NCBI GenBank assembly: GCA_013334435.1
Contig: JAAXXP010000001.1
Span: 24,892 to 88,891, forward strand
Origin: Chlorobiaceae bacterium
GTDB lineage: Bacteria; Bacteroidota; Chlorobiia; Chlorobiales; Chlorobiaceae
Direction: 5' to 3'
DNA: 64,000 nucleotides
Shown piece after piece: positions 63,429 to 64,000 of this stretch. Position numbers and translations under genes: made by a program. The notes under the pieces are model-generated. The model was not told where the DNA came from, searched no databases, and saw only the letters and a program-made list of their open reading frames with translations. Position 1 is the first letter of the stretch. Every line of letters begins with the position of its first letter.

Positions 63429-64000
63429 ATGAAAATAGCGATCAGCGGAAAAGGAGGCGTCGGAAAAACCACCATCAGCTCCATGATAGCTCTTGGTCTT
63501 GCCGTGCGGGGAAAAACGGTGCTTGCCATCGATGCAGATCCCAACGGCAGCCTTGCGGAGGCGCTCGGCTGCGACCAGGAAAAAAACGGGAGGATAACGC
63601 CGCTTATCGAGCAGAAACAGCTTATCGAAGAGCGCACCGGCTCCAGGCCGGGGGATATGGGCGGATATTTCGTACTCAACCCCAGAGTCGACGATCTCGT
63701 CGAAAAATTTTCCATAGAGGTTAACGGCATACGGGTGATCGTGATGGGGGGGCTGAAAGAGGCTCTCAGCGGATGCTACTGTTCCGAAAACGCGCTCCTG
63801 CGATCGTTTCTCAGGCATCTGATGGTCGAGAGGGATGAATGGGTGATTCTCGATATGGAAGCAGGATTCGAGCATCTGACCAGAGGAACGGCTCAGTCGG
63901 TTGACCTGCTGCTCATTGTGGTGGAACCCGGCAGCCGTTCGATCAGCACGGCAAAAAAACTGACCGCTCTTGCCCGTCAGGCCGGTATACCTGACATCGG
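63429..64000 (+). CDS. CooC-type MinD/ParA-class P-loop ATPase; partial, continues beyond the window end
   Basis: Manual translation: MKIAISGKGGVGKTTISSMIALGLAVRGKTVLAIDADPNGSLAEALG...LSGCYCSENALLRSFL...LDMEAGFEHLTRG. Deviant Walker A plus a CxC motif, as in CooC Ni-insertases. Missing from the ORF track because there is no stop in the window. Confidence 0.75.
   Translation, partial: MKIAISGKGGVGKTTISSMIALGLAVRGKTVLAIDADPNGSLAEALGCDQEKNGRITPLIEQKQLIEERTGSRPGDMGGYFVLNPRVDDLVEKFSIEVNGIRVIVMGGLKEALSGCYCSENALLRSFLRHLMVERDEWVILDMEAGFEHLTRGTAQSVDLLLIVVEPGSRSISTAKKLTALARQAGIPDI

Overview
This window reads as the chromosomal replication-origin neighbourhood of a green sulfur bacterium. That assignment is an inference from soyYZ-fccAB, bchP, a PSRLC3-type fused PsrBC plus signal-less PsrA, a truncated AtpC and the gene order; the species cannot be determined by eye.

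Layout, left to right:
- dcw cluster on the minus strand (mraZ-rsmH-ftsL-ftsI-murE-murF-mraY) with MraZ-box repeats upstream.
- Housekeeping block: NYN/YacP-like protein, chorismate mutase, mltG, pgk, rhomboid, DUF1232, RumA-type methyltransferase, ROK kinase and PAP2 phosphatase.
- Classic origin core: rpmH-rnpA-yidD-yidC diverging from dnaA-dnaN-recF-DUF721, with DnaA-box clusters on both sides of dnaA.
- Flavodiiron protein, a family-B DNA polymerase and mnmG.
- soyYZ-fccAB (flavocytochrome c sulfide dehydrogenase).
- secDF, a SurA-like PPIase, gyrB, yraN, rnhB, rng, dapD, an S41 peptidase, a Ycf49-like membrane protein, bchP, glyQS, clpS, ldcA, atpDC, tRNA-Thr(CGU), a TlpA-like protein and pckG.
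- From about 53.7 kb, a sulfur-flavoured block: FadL-type outer-membrane channel, a Cys-rich small protein, dodecin, a long leader with a small Cys/Met-rich ORF, fused PsrBC, PsrA-like molybdoenzyme, TauE/SafE plus a small membrane partner, TusA, a DsrE2-like protein and a CooC-type ATPase that runs off the window.

The most interesting signal is a 24-bp palindrome, TTATATAAY-N6-RTTATATAA. It occurs at four promoters (29194, 53699, 56096 and 62476), always in front of sulfur-related operons and overlapping or abutting readable -10 boxes. This suggests an undescribed repressor-controlled sulfur regulon that ties together an outer-membrane channel, a cytoplasm-facing Mo-oxidoreductase, a sulfite-type exporter and a TusA/DsrE relay.

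I saw no CRISPR array, transposase, integrase or prophage signature. All calls come from reading the sequence and from motif memory; no searches or computations were run.
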